Source: Candidatus Ratteibacteria bacterium
Lineage (GTDB): Bacteria > Ratteibacteria > UBA8468 > B48-G9 > DTJG01
Assembly (NCBI GenBank): GCA_049971295.1
Contig: JBMFLH010000016.1
Coordinates: 1 to 29,670 of the forward strand
Direction: 5' to 3'
DNA: 29,670 nt
The notes under the pieces were generated by a model. It did not search any database. It saw only the letters and a program-made list of their open reading frames with translations, and was not told the DNA's origin. This document shows, in pieces, positions 11,130-20,290 of the stretch. Each line of letters starts with the position of its first letter. Within the stretch, counting starts at the first letter, position 1. The position numbers and the translations under genes are program-made.

Positions 11130-12328
11130 GGCATTTTTACTTCAAAAAACTGTCTTTTTTCTGCTGATTCTCTTGCCCACAGGCACGTAAGGACGCTTAC
11201 AATGCCTGCTTCCATTGGTGAGCGAGATGGTCTGTTCTCTTTCATCGCCATCAAAAAATCATACATAAGTTCCCTGTCGCCACCGAAGTGTGGCATATCA
11301 CCTGTAAAGTCAATTTTCTCAACAACAGGCATAAAATGGTCGTACACAATAATGCTGTTTCGATACCAGTCAAAGTCAATTGTTCCTTTATAACCGTATA
11401 ATCTTGCGCCACGCCTTCCCACTGCCTGGTTTCTAACAAAAAAGTTCTGAGAATAACTAACCTGAACACCATTATCAAGTTCAATCAAAGCATTTCCACT
11501 GTCTTCATTTTTTATTTCTTTCGAAAACATACATTTCTGCCAGTCATTCCATTCAACCTTTTCACCCCTGAAGCGCCTATAGAAAAGATTAAATGGACTT
11601 TCGATACACTCCATTTTTTCATCACAGTCCCTGCATAACAGTTCAAATGGTTTATCCCGTTTTCCATAAATCCTTTGAGAATTCATTGCCGCAATCATTT
11701 TTGGGTTTCTTCCTGTCAGGTAAAAAATATAGTCAAAATCATGGGTCGCCTTCTGCAGGAAAAGACCACCAACCTGGTGATAATTTCGGTACCAGTTATT
11801 AAAATAAACAGAGCCATACGGAACATCATTCCATGCAACAACATGTTCAACCTCTCCAATTCGTCCAGAATCAATAATCTGTTTCACCTTTTGAGCCATC
11901 GGCGTCAGACGAAGTGGAAATGAAATCACCGTGGGTGCTGTCACATTTTTGAATGTATCTTTTAGCATTCTCACCTGTTCAAAAGTTATGGCAACTGGCT
12001 TTTCAAGGAAAAGTGGCAGATTTTTTTTCGCAACCTTGCAAGCCATTTCAGCGTGAAGATGACACCTTGTTCCAATCATAACCCCGTCAAGTTCAATCTT
12101 TTCAAGCATTTCATCAGCAGAAGTAAAATATTTTGTATTTTTCATCAAATCAGGGTCAATCCTCCTACGTATGCGACTTTCAGGGATATTTTCCTTCACT
12201 GCCTTTTCAATGTCTTCTGCAGCAGGGTCTGCAATGGCAGCAATGTAATAGGGGATATCAAAAACCTTCATTGCTGCTGCCATATGCGAAATGCGAAGTC
12301 CAAAGCCAATAATTCCCACTCTCAACAT
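11126..12328 (-). CDS. Gfo/Idh/MocA family oxidoreductase
   Basis: RBS AAAGGAGG. Motifs VGIIGFG, FLEKPVA, QKATHDFD, HFGGD. Confidence 0.9.
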   Translation of the reverse strand: MLRVGIIGFGLRISHMAAAMKVFDIPYYIAAIADPAAEDIEKAVKENIPESRIRRRIDPDLMKNTKYFTSADEMLEKIELDGVMIGTRCHLHAEMACKVAKKNLPLFLEKPVAITFEQVRMLKDTFKNVTAPTVISFPLRLTPMAQKVKQIIDSGRIGEVEHVVAWNDVPYGSVYFNNWYRNYHQVGGLFLQKATHDFDYIFYLTGRNPKMIAAMNSQRIYGKRDKPFELLCRDCDEKMECIESPFNLFYRRFRGEKVEWNDWQKCMFSKEIKNEDSGNALIELDNGVQVSYSQNFFVRNQAVGRRGARLYGYKGTIDFDWYRNSIIVYDHFMPVVEKIDFTGDMPHFGGDRELMYDFLMAMKENRPSRSPMEAGIVSVLTCLWARESAEKRQFFEVKMP

Positions 12329-12352
12329 GTGCCCTCCTTTCGTGATTGTGAA

Positions 12353-12380
12353 ATCTTATCACCTTTTCATTTTGCGTCAA
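12353..12380 (-). promoter_or_regulatory. Sigma70-type promoter for the 12328 operon
   Basis: Minus strand TTGACG-16 nt-TAAGAT with an extended -10 TGn. Confidence 0.55.
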
Positions 12381-12390
12381 CAACCAGGAT

Positions 12391-12419
12391 TTGACTTTTT
12401 ACCATTTTACCATTATACT
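12391..12419 (+). promoter_or_regulatory. Sigma70 promoter of parA (leaderless geometry) with tandem 8-bp repeats in the spacer
   Basis: TTGACT (12391-12396), 17 nt, TATACT (12414-12419). The ATG lies 7 nt after the -10 and has no SD. The spacer contains TTTACCAT twice (12398-12405, 12406-12413). Confidence 0.7.
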
Positions 12420-12425
12420 GTTTTT

Positions 12426-13205
12426 ATGGCTACAATTTACTCCATTACAAATCAGAAAGGTGGCGTTGGAAAAACAACAACATGTCTTTGCCTTGGTTCA
12501 TCTCTTGCTGAAAAAGGGTACAGGGTATTACTGATTGATTTTGACCCGCAGGCCGGGTTGACAGTATGTCTTGGTTTTGACCCTGATTCTTTTTCCACGA
12601 CCATCTACAATGTCATCATCAATTCCGAACAGTATCCCTTGCAAAAAATTATTACAGACACAAAAGTTCCCAATCTCAAAATTGCACCAGCCAATCTTGA
12701 TCTCGCCGGCGCAGAAGGCGAATTAATAGGAGAAATTGGATGGGATAGGAATCTCAGGGATGCTATCAATCCTATCAAAAATGAATTTGACTTTATTTTT
12801 ATTGATTGTCCGCCAAGCTTGGGAGTTCTGACAACAAATGCGTTAATCAGCGCGCACACAGTAATTGTGCCAGTACAAACTGAGTTTCTTGCGTTACGGG
12901 GATTAAAGCAACTTGGAGATATTATCGCAAAGGTAAAGAAAAAGGGCAATTCCTCTTTAAGAAAGAGAATCCTTCGAACCATGCACGATGTGAGAACCCT
13001 TCATTCAAAGGAAGTTGTTGAAGAACTTGAAAGAATTTTCCCTGATGAAATTTTTGAGACCATCATCAAACGTACTGTCAAATTTGCAGATGCCTCTCTT
13101 GCAGGAGTTCCCATTCTACTTTACGCAAAAAGTTCAGAAGCCGCAGAGGCATACAGACATCTTGCAGAGGAGGTGATTGAGGATGCCAAAAAGACCGTCT
13201 CTTAA
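12426..13205 (+). CDS. parA: ParA/Soj family ATPase (orphan, no ParB CTPase adjacent)
   Basis: True start at MATIYSITNQKGGVGKTT (deviant Walker A). Motifs DFDPQ, IDCPPSLG, PVQTEFLA, and basic residues at the Soj DNA-binding positions (TMHDVRT, IKRTVK). The ORF-track extension to 12291 overlaps the divergent gene. Confidence 0.92.
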   Translation: MATIYSITNQKGGVGKTTTCLCLGSSLAEKGYRVLLIDFDPQAGLTVCLGFDPDSFSTTIYNVIINSEQYPLQKIITDTKVPNLKIAPANLDLAGAEGELIGEIGWDRNLRDAINPIKNEFDFIFIDCPPSLGVLTTNALISAHTVIVPVQTEFLALRGLKQLGDIIAKVKKKGNSSLRKRILRTMHDVRTLHSKEVVEELERIFPDEIFETIIKRTVKFADASLAGVPILLYAKSSEAAEAYRHLAEEVIEDAKKTVS

Positions 13206-13467
13206 AGGCAGGGGCGTCGATATTTTTCTCGGAAAATCAGACCAGAAAGAAAAAATTGAAAAAGAAGAAAAAAAAGGTAAAGCCACTTTTTACTTCCCCC
13301 AGAAACTTCTCTCAGAACTTGATGAAGCGTGGTTCGTCCTGAGAAGGATTGATAGAAAAATTAAAAAATCAGATATTGTCCAGGCAGCACTGGAAATTTC
13401 ACTGCAGGGATTGAAGGAAGGAAAGACAGAAAACCCGTTGATAAAATATTTCAAGAGAGAAATGTGA
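13183..13467 (+). CDS. Small ParA partner: ParB-like N-terminal peptide plus putative ribbon-helix-helix
   Basis: Strong RBS GAGGAGGTGA; overlaps the parA 3' end. N-terminus MPKRPSLKGRGVDIFLG, then a charged linker, then KATFYFPQKLLSELDEAW...KKSDIVQAALE (strand-helix-helix pattern). Confidence 0.75.
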   Translation: MPKRPSLKGRGVDIFLGKSDQKEKIEKEEKKGKATFYFPQKLLSELDEAWFVLRRIDRKIKKSDIVQAALEISLQGLKEGKTENPLIKYFKREM

Positions 13468-13490
13468 AACACTATCTTTCACTTACCGTT
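13465..13490 (+). promoter_or_regulatory. Candidate ECF-sigma autoregulatory promoter
   Basis: TGAAAC-16 nt-CGTT resembles the SigW/SigX-type TGAAAC-N16-CGT(A/C) consensus. A second RpoE-like GGAAC...GTCTAA lies at 13495-13523. Confidence 0.4.
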
Positions 13491-13522
13491 TTCGGGAACA
13501 CTTTTGACGATTCACTTGTCTA

Positions 13523-14107
13523 ATGAATACAAACAGAACCAATGAGTTTGGTGATGAAACTCTTGTGAGAAGAGTACAAAAAGAAAATGATATGTATGCA
13601 TTTGAGATACTTGTGAAAAGATACCAGCATAAAGTTTATGGAATTTGCTTCAGATTTATGGGTGAACATCACGAAGCGTTTGACTGCGCCCAGGATACTT
13701 TTATAAAAATTTATCAAAAAATTCGCTCGTTCAAGCATCTTTCTTCTTTTGGAACATGGGTCTATAGAATTGCAGTGAATACCTGCAAAAATCGTTTGTC
13801 TTGCCGGGACTTTATGAGAAAGAAAAAAACAGCGTATCTTGGAAACAGCGGCACTGACATTGAAAACCACCTCGTTTCTCCCGCACAACAATATGAAAAA
13901 ACCAGAATCAGTGAAATCGTTCAAAATGCGATCAGTAAACTACCTTTTGATCAGAAACAGATTGTGATTCTTCGCGAAATCCAGCAACTATCCTATGAGG
14001 AAATCGAAAAAATCACAAACCTTCCGCTCGGAACAATCAAGTCAAAATTGTCAAGAGCTCGCAGTAAACTCAAAGAGTTATTAAAGGATATCAAACATGA
14101 ATTGTAA
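13523..14107 (+). CDS. ECF RNA polymerase sigma-70 factor (RpoE/SigW-like)
   Basis: Region 2: AFEILVKRYQ...AQDTFIKIY...FGTWVYRIAVNTC. Region 4: LSYEEI...PLGTIKSKLSRAR. Confidence 0.93.
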   Translation: MNTNRTNEFGDETLVRRVQKENDMYAFEILVKRYQHKVYGICFRFMGEHHEAFDCAQDTFIKIYQKIRSFKHLSSFGTWVYRIAVNTCKNRLSCRDFMRKKKTAYLGNSGTDIENHLVSPAQQYEKTRISEIVQNAISKLPFDQKQIVILREIQQLSYEEIEKITNLPLGTIKSKLSRARSKLKELLKDIKHEL

Positions 14108-15032
14108 AAACGCTCAAAAAATTCTTTCTGATTATCTTGAAGGACTTATTTCTGACCAGCAGAAAAAAGAAATTGAGCAACACCTTCAGGGGTGCAAAAA
14201 ATGTCAGATTGAACTGGATGAAATGAAAAAAACTGTGGAACTTCTCAGAAATCTTCCTTCACCAGAAGCACCAGAAAAACTGGTTGAAAGTGTAATGGAA
14301 AAAATCAGCGCCGAAAAGCCCAGAAAAAGAAAATTTGCGTTTTTATTAACTGCCGTCGCATCTGCAGCAATCATTGTGTTTATTGTGCTTTTCAAAATTC
14401 AAAAGCCATCTCAAATTGCATATCAGCCGGAAACTCAGGTAAAAGTCACTCAAAAACATAAAGAAGAAAAAAAGCCAGAGATTGCTATGAAGAAACCGGT
14501 TTCTCGCGTCAGAGAAAAAAAGAATACCATTGTTTCTGGTGAAAAAACGTCAGAACAAGGAAAAACAGAAATTGTAATTCAACTTGTATATCTTCCCCAG
14601 CCACAGATGACTTATGCAAAAAGAAATGCCGATAAGGAAATTGCCGCACAGGACATTAAACAGAAAAAAGCTGCTGAAGTTTCACTGCTTGCCCAAAACA
14701 GGGAAAAAGAAACCTCTGCAGAAAAAAAATCTCAGGAAATTGCAACATCGCTGGCAGCAAAATCCGTCGGAATACCTGGTCCAGCAGAAAAATTGAGCCC
14801 TGAATCTGAAATCATTAAACACATCACTGATGCTGGTGGAAAAATTTTATCAGAATCACCTGGTTCTGATACAGAAATCAGCCATGTATTTGTTGCAGAA
14901 CTACTTGCTTCGTCATACAAAAATTTTCTTGACAATCTTGCAGGAAAATTTCAGGTAAAAAATTATGATTCCATCAAGGATGCTGCGATTTCTGAAACTT
15001 TCATCACAATAAGATTACAGATTTTCAAATAA
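14097..15032 (+). CDS. Zinc-binding (zf-HC2/ZAS) transmembrane anti-sigma factor
   Basis: MNC...LSDYLEG...HLQGCKKC (HxxxCxxC), a single TM (FAFLLTAVASAAIIVFIVLF) and an extracytoplasmic tail. Overlaps the sigma stop. Confidence 0.88.
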   Translation: MNCKNAQKILSDYLEGLISDQQKKEIEQHLQGCKKCQIELDEMKKTVELLRNLPSPEAPEKLVESVMEKISAEKPRKRKFAFLLTAVASAAIIVFIVLFKIQKPSQIAYQPETQVKVTQKHKEEKKPEIAMKKPVSRVREKKNTIVSGEKTSEQGKTEIVIQLVYLPQPQMTYAKRNADKEIAAQDIKQKKAAEVSLLAQNREKETSAEKKSQEIATSLAAKSVGIPGPAEKLSPESEIIKHITDAGGKILSESPGSDTEISHVFVAELLASSYKNFLDNLAGKFQVKNYDSIKDAAISETFITIRLQIFK

Positions 15033-15645
15033 GTCCCTTTATAATGAGAAACACCCCAAAAATAGAAAGAAATATTCCGCAGCATATCGTAACAATTCTA
15101 TAAACAAAAGGGCTGAATTTTGCTCTTCCCCTGTGGATTGAATAAGAAACCAAACTATACCAGAAAAAATCAGCAGAAATATGGCCAAGAAAAAACACAA
15201 TCAAACCTGGCAACCCTCTTGGTAGAGCGATTGAAAGATACGCAAGTCCGATTGTTACCCACCATACAGTCCAGTAAGGATTTGAGATGCTCACAACAAT
15301 ACCGTGAAAAATCGAAAAATCCCTGGTGGTATTAATATTTTGTTGAGCAGAAAATTCAAACGTCGTTTTTCTCAGCATGAAAATTGCCATCAATAGAAGA
15401 ATACCACCGCCCGCAATACTTAAAAACTTTGAAATACCGGGTTCTTTCAAGTACGCACCAAAACCAGCAACAAGTAACAGAACCATCACAAATTCTAAAA
15501 TTGAATGTCCTGCTATCAAAAGTGGGCCCTGCCTTGCTCCGTACTTAATAGATCTTGTAATCGTCACTGCAAGAAGCGGTCCAGGGCTTAGTGCGCCTGA
15601 AAGAGCCACGACAAAAGAACTCACACCAATCACGAAAAGATTCAT
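15025..15645 (-). CDS. LysE family translocator
   Basis: GALSPGP motif, NPYW..WW, about 6 TM segments. ATG 15645 is coupled to the upstream TGA. Confidence 0.88.
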   Translation of the reverse strand: MNLFVIGVSSFVVALSGALSPGPLLAVTITRSIKYGARQGPLLIAGHSILEFVMVLLLVAGFGAYLKEPGISKFLSIAGGGILLLMAIFMLRKTTFEFSAQQNINTTRDFSIFHGIVVSISNPYWTVWWVTIGLAYLSIALPRGLPGLIVFFLGHISADFFWYSLVSYSIHRGRAKFSPFVYRIVTICCGIFLSIFGVFLIIKGLI

Positions 15646-16442
15646 CACATAAGATAATTTTTCAAAACCCTTATGTCATGAGGAAGCACCACATCTGGTT
15701 CCCATGCCTCAATATACTCACCAGAAAGAAATCCCTGATAGTTAATCTCCTGAAGCAGTCGCAGGGCGGTTTTGTAAGGAATCTCTCCTTCTCCCATCAG
15801 GGCAAGAGTAACATTTCGCTGTTCATCATAAATACCATCGTGAATGTGGCAGTGTTCTACAAATTCTTTCACCCAATCAAATGCTTCTTTTATTGTCATA
15901 CCCTTTGTATATGGATGCATAATATCCCAGTTGATTTTAATATTAGGACTCCCAGCAATTTTCACTGCCTTTGCCGCAACATCTGCTCTTGAAAAAAAGT
16001 CATGTGTTTCAAGACATACAAATACTCTGTTTTTTTCAGCGTACTCTGCAACTATTCCAAGACATTCACCCACGATTTTTATTGCCTCGTCCACACTGAT
16101 TTCTTTATCAGGAACCCCTCCAAACACCCTGATTCTTTTTGCTCCAATATCACACGCAAGGTCAATAAACGCTTTTGTCATTTCAAGAGATTCTTTTCTT
16201 TTTTGAGCATCCGTAAAACAATACTTGATTGAAGTCGCCAGACAGGAACATTCAATCCCGCTCTCATCAAAAATTTTTCTTATTTCCTTTCTTTTCTCTT
16301 TCCCTGCTTCAATCTCAATGCCGTGTCTGTGCTGCGCCTGAGCGCGCGGCTCCACTCCATCATAACCATATTCTCTTGCATATTTCAGCATTTTATAAAG
16401 ATCTGCCTCAGGGCACGAAAAGCTCATGAAAGCAAATTTCAT
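15645..16442 (-). CDS. Sugar phosphate isomerase/epimerase (TIM barrel)
   Basis: RBS AAGGAG. Motifs GYDGVEPR, IRVFGG, LETHD, WDIMH, HCHIHD, GFLSGE. Confidence 0.88.
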   Translation of the reverse strand: MKFAFMSFSCPEADLYKMLKYAREYGYDGVEPRAQAQHRHGIEIEAGKEKRKEIRKIFDESGIECSCLATSIKYCFTDAQKRKESLEMTKAFIDLACDIGAKRIRVFGGVPDKEISVDEAIKIVGECLGIVAEYAEKNRVFVCLETHDFFSRADVAAKAVKIAGSPNIKINWDIMHPYTKGMTIKEAFDWVKEFVEHCHIHDGIYDEQRNVTLALMGEGEIPYKTALRLLQEINYQGFLSGEYIEAWEPDVVLPHDIRVLKNYLM

Positions 16443-16793
16443 TTCTTACTCCTTGTTAAAAATTTTTATCAGTTAGACAAATTTTTCTGCTCAAGCTCAC
16501 CTCCTGCTTTCTTCCATGTTTTCTTCTCTGCCTCTCATCTTGCGAAGAGGATTAAGGCGTGGGGTGTTTTTAAAATTCTAAACCCAAAACTCTAAAAATG
16601 CAATATGGGTGATCCTATGGTTCAGAGTTTGTAATTCGACCTCGCCTCCACAATCTCTCATCAATAGATATGGGAAATATAAAATAAAGGAGATCAGAAA
16701 TAAGAAAGCTTCTATAAAGAAGAAAGACTGGACGGAAACCATTGCCGGCAAATTTGGGTAAAAACCTATTCTCTTTTTCGCAACTTTTCTTGT

Positions 16794-19589
16794 TCACTCC
16801 TTTAATGAACCAAAGATGTCTATTTTTTCAGTTGATTCCTCGATGATTCTTTCCACAATAGCGTCGTCAATTGTGTTTTCGGGAAGCCCGGCTCCTTCGA
16901 GATATTTCAGCATTTGGGCAAAAAGATATCTCGCTTCAGGCAAATTCTGGTCAAGATTCAAACTGGTAATAACAACGTGCCCTTTTCCGCATGCAAATTC
17001 AATAAGATATGCCAGAGGATACATCCTGAAACAGGTACTGAAAGAACGTATTACAGGTTCTTCTTTCAATTTGCCAAATAATCTTAAATCTATCGGTGGA
17101 TTTTCAGCAATCATTCTATAAAATTGCAGGTCACAGAAATTTTCATGTGGGAAATCGCCAAGCATCGGATGATTTCTTACAATTGTTCCTGTGTTACCAT
17201 CTTCGTAAGTTGGATAATTGGCTGGAGGCGTGAAAAAATACCGTCCGGTGAAAAGACCTAATTTGGGGAAAAATGGCCTTGTAATTCCTTCAGGCGCAGC
17301 AAGAATTAATTTTCCTCCATCTATGACGTAGTTTGAAAGATTTCTGTCTAAAATTTCTGACACCACCACTTTTGGAAATACAGTCCTGACATAAGATTTT
17401 TTAATACTCTGTGCTTTCAGTGTTTTGATCCAGGTTCTCTTTCCCTTACCATAAATCATAAATTCAGGTATATTCTCAGATTCTGGAAATATCCAGTAAT
17501 CCCAGCAATTTTCAAAACTTCTGTCTTCTTCTTTTGCCTTGATGCACAATTGTAATTTTTCAGGGGACTTTACTTCTGGCAATTTAACTTTAATTTTCCC
17601 GATTTTATCGGTACAAAATGGCTTGTGTTTGAAAAAAAATTCACTGTGCTCTTTTACTGTTTTCCCTGATAAACTCCATTCAATTATAGGATTTTTTAGC
17701 GGTGGATGGGAAAAATCTGAAATAAAAATGTTCCTTTCAAAATTCTTGCCAGAAACATAAATCCTATCATCAAAATTACTGTCAGTTAAAATTGATGTAC
17801 TTGACATCGTCTGTCGCCATACTTCTGCTGAAACATATTTTTTTTCGTAAAACTCATCAACGATTCCCTGGGGAGCAAACCCAATTTCCATTGCTGTGAA
17901 ATGGCAAATCCCTGCAAGAGTGGGATAATCGCGACGGATTTGCTCAAGCTTTGTCTTTGCTTCGATAAACTGGAGTTTCTGGCTGTTTACGATTAATTCT
18001 GGAAGTAAATGGTCAAGTTGCGCTTTTTTTGCATTCTCAAGAGCGATTTCAAGCGCATAGGGTCTCATAGCGCCTGTAAATTTCTCTTTATTTCTGATAT
18101 CCGGGAATGATGTCCACCACCTGAATTCATGTTGAATCACAGGCATAGAAACCCTTCTATCTTCTTTTGCTTCTGCACAATAAAAATCAAGTGGCATTCC
18201 CTTAATTTTGTATACTGTTCCATCTGTCCATATTACAAAACTTGATGGTTTGATTGCCTTTGTTTCTCTGTAACACTTCCATGCTGTCTCTGGATACAAA
18301 ACCGTACGATGGCCATATTCGTTGCTCATGCAATAAAGATTGGCTGAAACGTGATTCACGTCCCTAATGACTGTTGCATTCTACTGATATCTTAACAGTT
18401 TCCGCCTTTCCACATCTGGTTGAGGCCATTGATACTGGTGATATTGTGAGTGCCCTGCCCATGCTCCCATCATTCCAATTTCACTTTGCACCAGCAATCC
18501 TACTTCATCTGCGATATCAAAATATTCAGGTGCTGGGACATAGGACTGGCATCTTACATAAACATAGCCATATTGACGCAATACCGAAAGTTTTTTTCTC
18601 CAGCGTTCTCTGTCTGTGTCAGGACATCCTGTCTCAGGATTTACTACAAAATCGCCTGTGCCCATCATATAATACGGTTGGTTGTTAATAAGAAAATGCT
18701 TACCCCTGGTTGAAAGATGCAAAAAGCCCACCCTTTCACTTCTGCTATCAACGATTTCTCCATTTCTTTTCAATTCAACATCAACGCGATAAAGAAGCGG
18801 AGTTTCAGGAAACCACAATTGAATGTCTTTTACAGGAATACAGAAAGCAATCTTTCCAGGGCCTGACTTTCTTACCGTATGAGCGCATTGCTTGCCTGAT
18901 GGGTCCTTGACAGAAATTTCTATGTCGTTATCTTCTGAATTACCGCCTATTCTTATCATGAAATTCATACATTTATCAATAGGGTCAGGATGTATCCAGC
19001 AGTGTTCAAGCCATGCGTCTCCAGTACTGACAAGCTCCACTGTTCTGTAAAGTCCTGACCAGTATCCATTCCAGTTTAGCGCAAATCCAAGCCACCTGTT
19101 TTTTTCACTGATTCTCACTGCAACAAAGTTGTCCTTTTCACGTTCAACAACGTCTGTGATATCAAATCCAAATGGAACAAATGGACCTGAATGAGAACCA
19201 ATGAACTTTCCATTTACCCATATCTCTGCAGAAGGATGAACACCACCAAAATTAATCCAGATTTTCCTGTTTGCCCATTGTTCAGAAATTCTAAATACCT
19301 TTCCATACCAGCCAGTGCCGTGATAAGTAGCCCTGTAAACGCGCGCCTTTATTCTAAAATCCCACACTTCGTCAGGAGAATCATCTCCAAAGCCCTGTCC
19401 CTGCCAGGACCCGGGTACAGATATTTTTGATGAAAAAGCATCCTGGTTGGCATACCATTTTTCCTTGATTCCATTATTCTTCGGGTCAAGCGTAAAAAGC
19501 CAATGCCCGCCAAAATCAATAAATTTCTCAGACTCATGTCTTATCACAGGATTAACCCGCACAGGCGCCATTTTACAAAACTTTTCCAT
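16794..19589 (-). pseudogene. GH2 family glycoside hydrolase (about 931 codons) with in-frame TAG at 18381-18383
   Basis: ORFs 18381..19589 and 16794..18359 share a frame (LLRYQ*NATVIRDVNHVSANLYCMSNE). GH2 N-terminal motifs VPGSW, NFGGV...WVNG, LWFPETPLLY, YFDIADEVGLLV. RBS AGGAGG. Confidence 0.87.
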
Positions 19590-19790
19590 TTTAACCTCCT
19601 ATCACTCAATCTGCATACGAGTGGGAAAAAAGTTTGAAAATAAATATTTTATTAAATTTTCACTGCCCATTCGACTATTGTTGTCAACCTGCCCACCCGT
19701 GAAGCAAGACAAAATTGTTTTTATTATAGGATATTACAATCTACAGGATCCTTCAAAATTACCAGGAGAAACAATGCCAGGAGAATTTCA

Positions 19791-20015
19791 ATGAAAAAAC
19801 ACAAGAATGGATTATCTGTCAGCATTCAAATACCTAATGGAATCACGTACGTTTCAACCATTGATAAATCAAAAAAAATATTGAAACCAGGCATTCACAA
19901 ATTGAAAAAAGCCTTAACAAAATATGGGATTGATCCCTTTTGCATAAGTGTATTTACACCATTGCTTTTTTCTGGTATTATAATATTGCCTGTCCCGTAC
20001 GCGGGCGGAGTGTGA
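19791..20015 (+). CDS. Possible small basic hypothetical protein
   Basis: AGGAGA lies upstream of the ATG and the ORF fills an otherwise empty gap. However, its 3' end runs through the 6S promoter and into the 6S RNA, and no motif is recognisable. Confidence 0.3.
   Translation: MKKHKNGLSVSIQIPNGITYVSTIDKSKKILKPGIHKLKKALTKYGIDPFCISVFTPLLFSGIIILPVPYAGGV
19953..19981 (+). promoter_or_regulatory. Sigma70 promoter for the 6S RNA-tRNA block
   Basis: TTTACA-17 nt-TATTAT with extended -10 TGG. The predicted start at about 19988 matches the 6S 5' end. Confidence 0.6.
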
Positions 20016-20153
20016 AACTTTGAGCCAACACCAAAAAAAAGGGAGCCGAGTCTGACATGCAAGACATGCCGGAAACGGAAGTCGCGGTGTTCAGCAAGGC
20101 ACCCACCTGTTAATACGGGTCTCAAAAGTTGCACCGTCTACGGCGGGACGGGT
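19988..20153 (+). ncRNA. ssrS: 6S RNA
   Basis: GC-rich rod. Terminal stem GCCTGTCCCGT/GCGGGACGGGT; AACTTTGAGCC/GGTCTCAAAAGTT; an A-rich central bubble; and the conserved 6S motifs GGGAGCC and GGCACCCACCTG...CGGGT. Confidence 0.88.
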
Positions 20154-20164
20154 GCAACATTTGT

Positions 20165-20246
20165 GGGTAGGTGGCCGAGTGGAAATGGCAGCAGACTGTA
20201 AATCTGCCGGCGTTAGCCTACGGAGGTTCGAATCCTCCCCTGCCCA
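20165..20246 (+). tRNA. tRNA-Tyr (GTA), long variable arm, CCA not encoded
   Basis: Acceptor GGGTAGG/CCTGCCC, anticodon arm GCAGA-CTGTAAA-TCTGC, T arm GGAGG-TTCGAAT-CCTCC. Confidence 0.97.
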
Positions 20247-20290
20247 CTTTGAAGAAATTAAAATTTTGTGTACATACAATTCTACACTGT

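Noticed and set aside
12291..12425. 45-aa N-terminal extension of ParA in the ORF track
   Set aside because: It overlaps the divergent gene and both promoters. ParA homology and promoter geometry point to ATG 12426.
16559..16651. tmRNA/tRNA-like ends (GGGGTG...TTCGAC...GCCTCCAC) or a SAM-I riboswitch (GATGAGAG)
   Set aside because: There is no T-arm stem, cloverleaf or tag ORF, the region is too short for tmRNA, and the SAM-I core motifs are not in the correct order.
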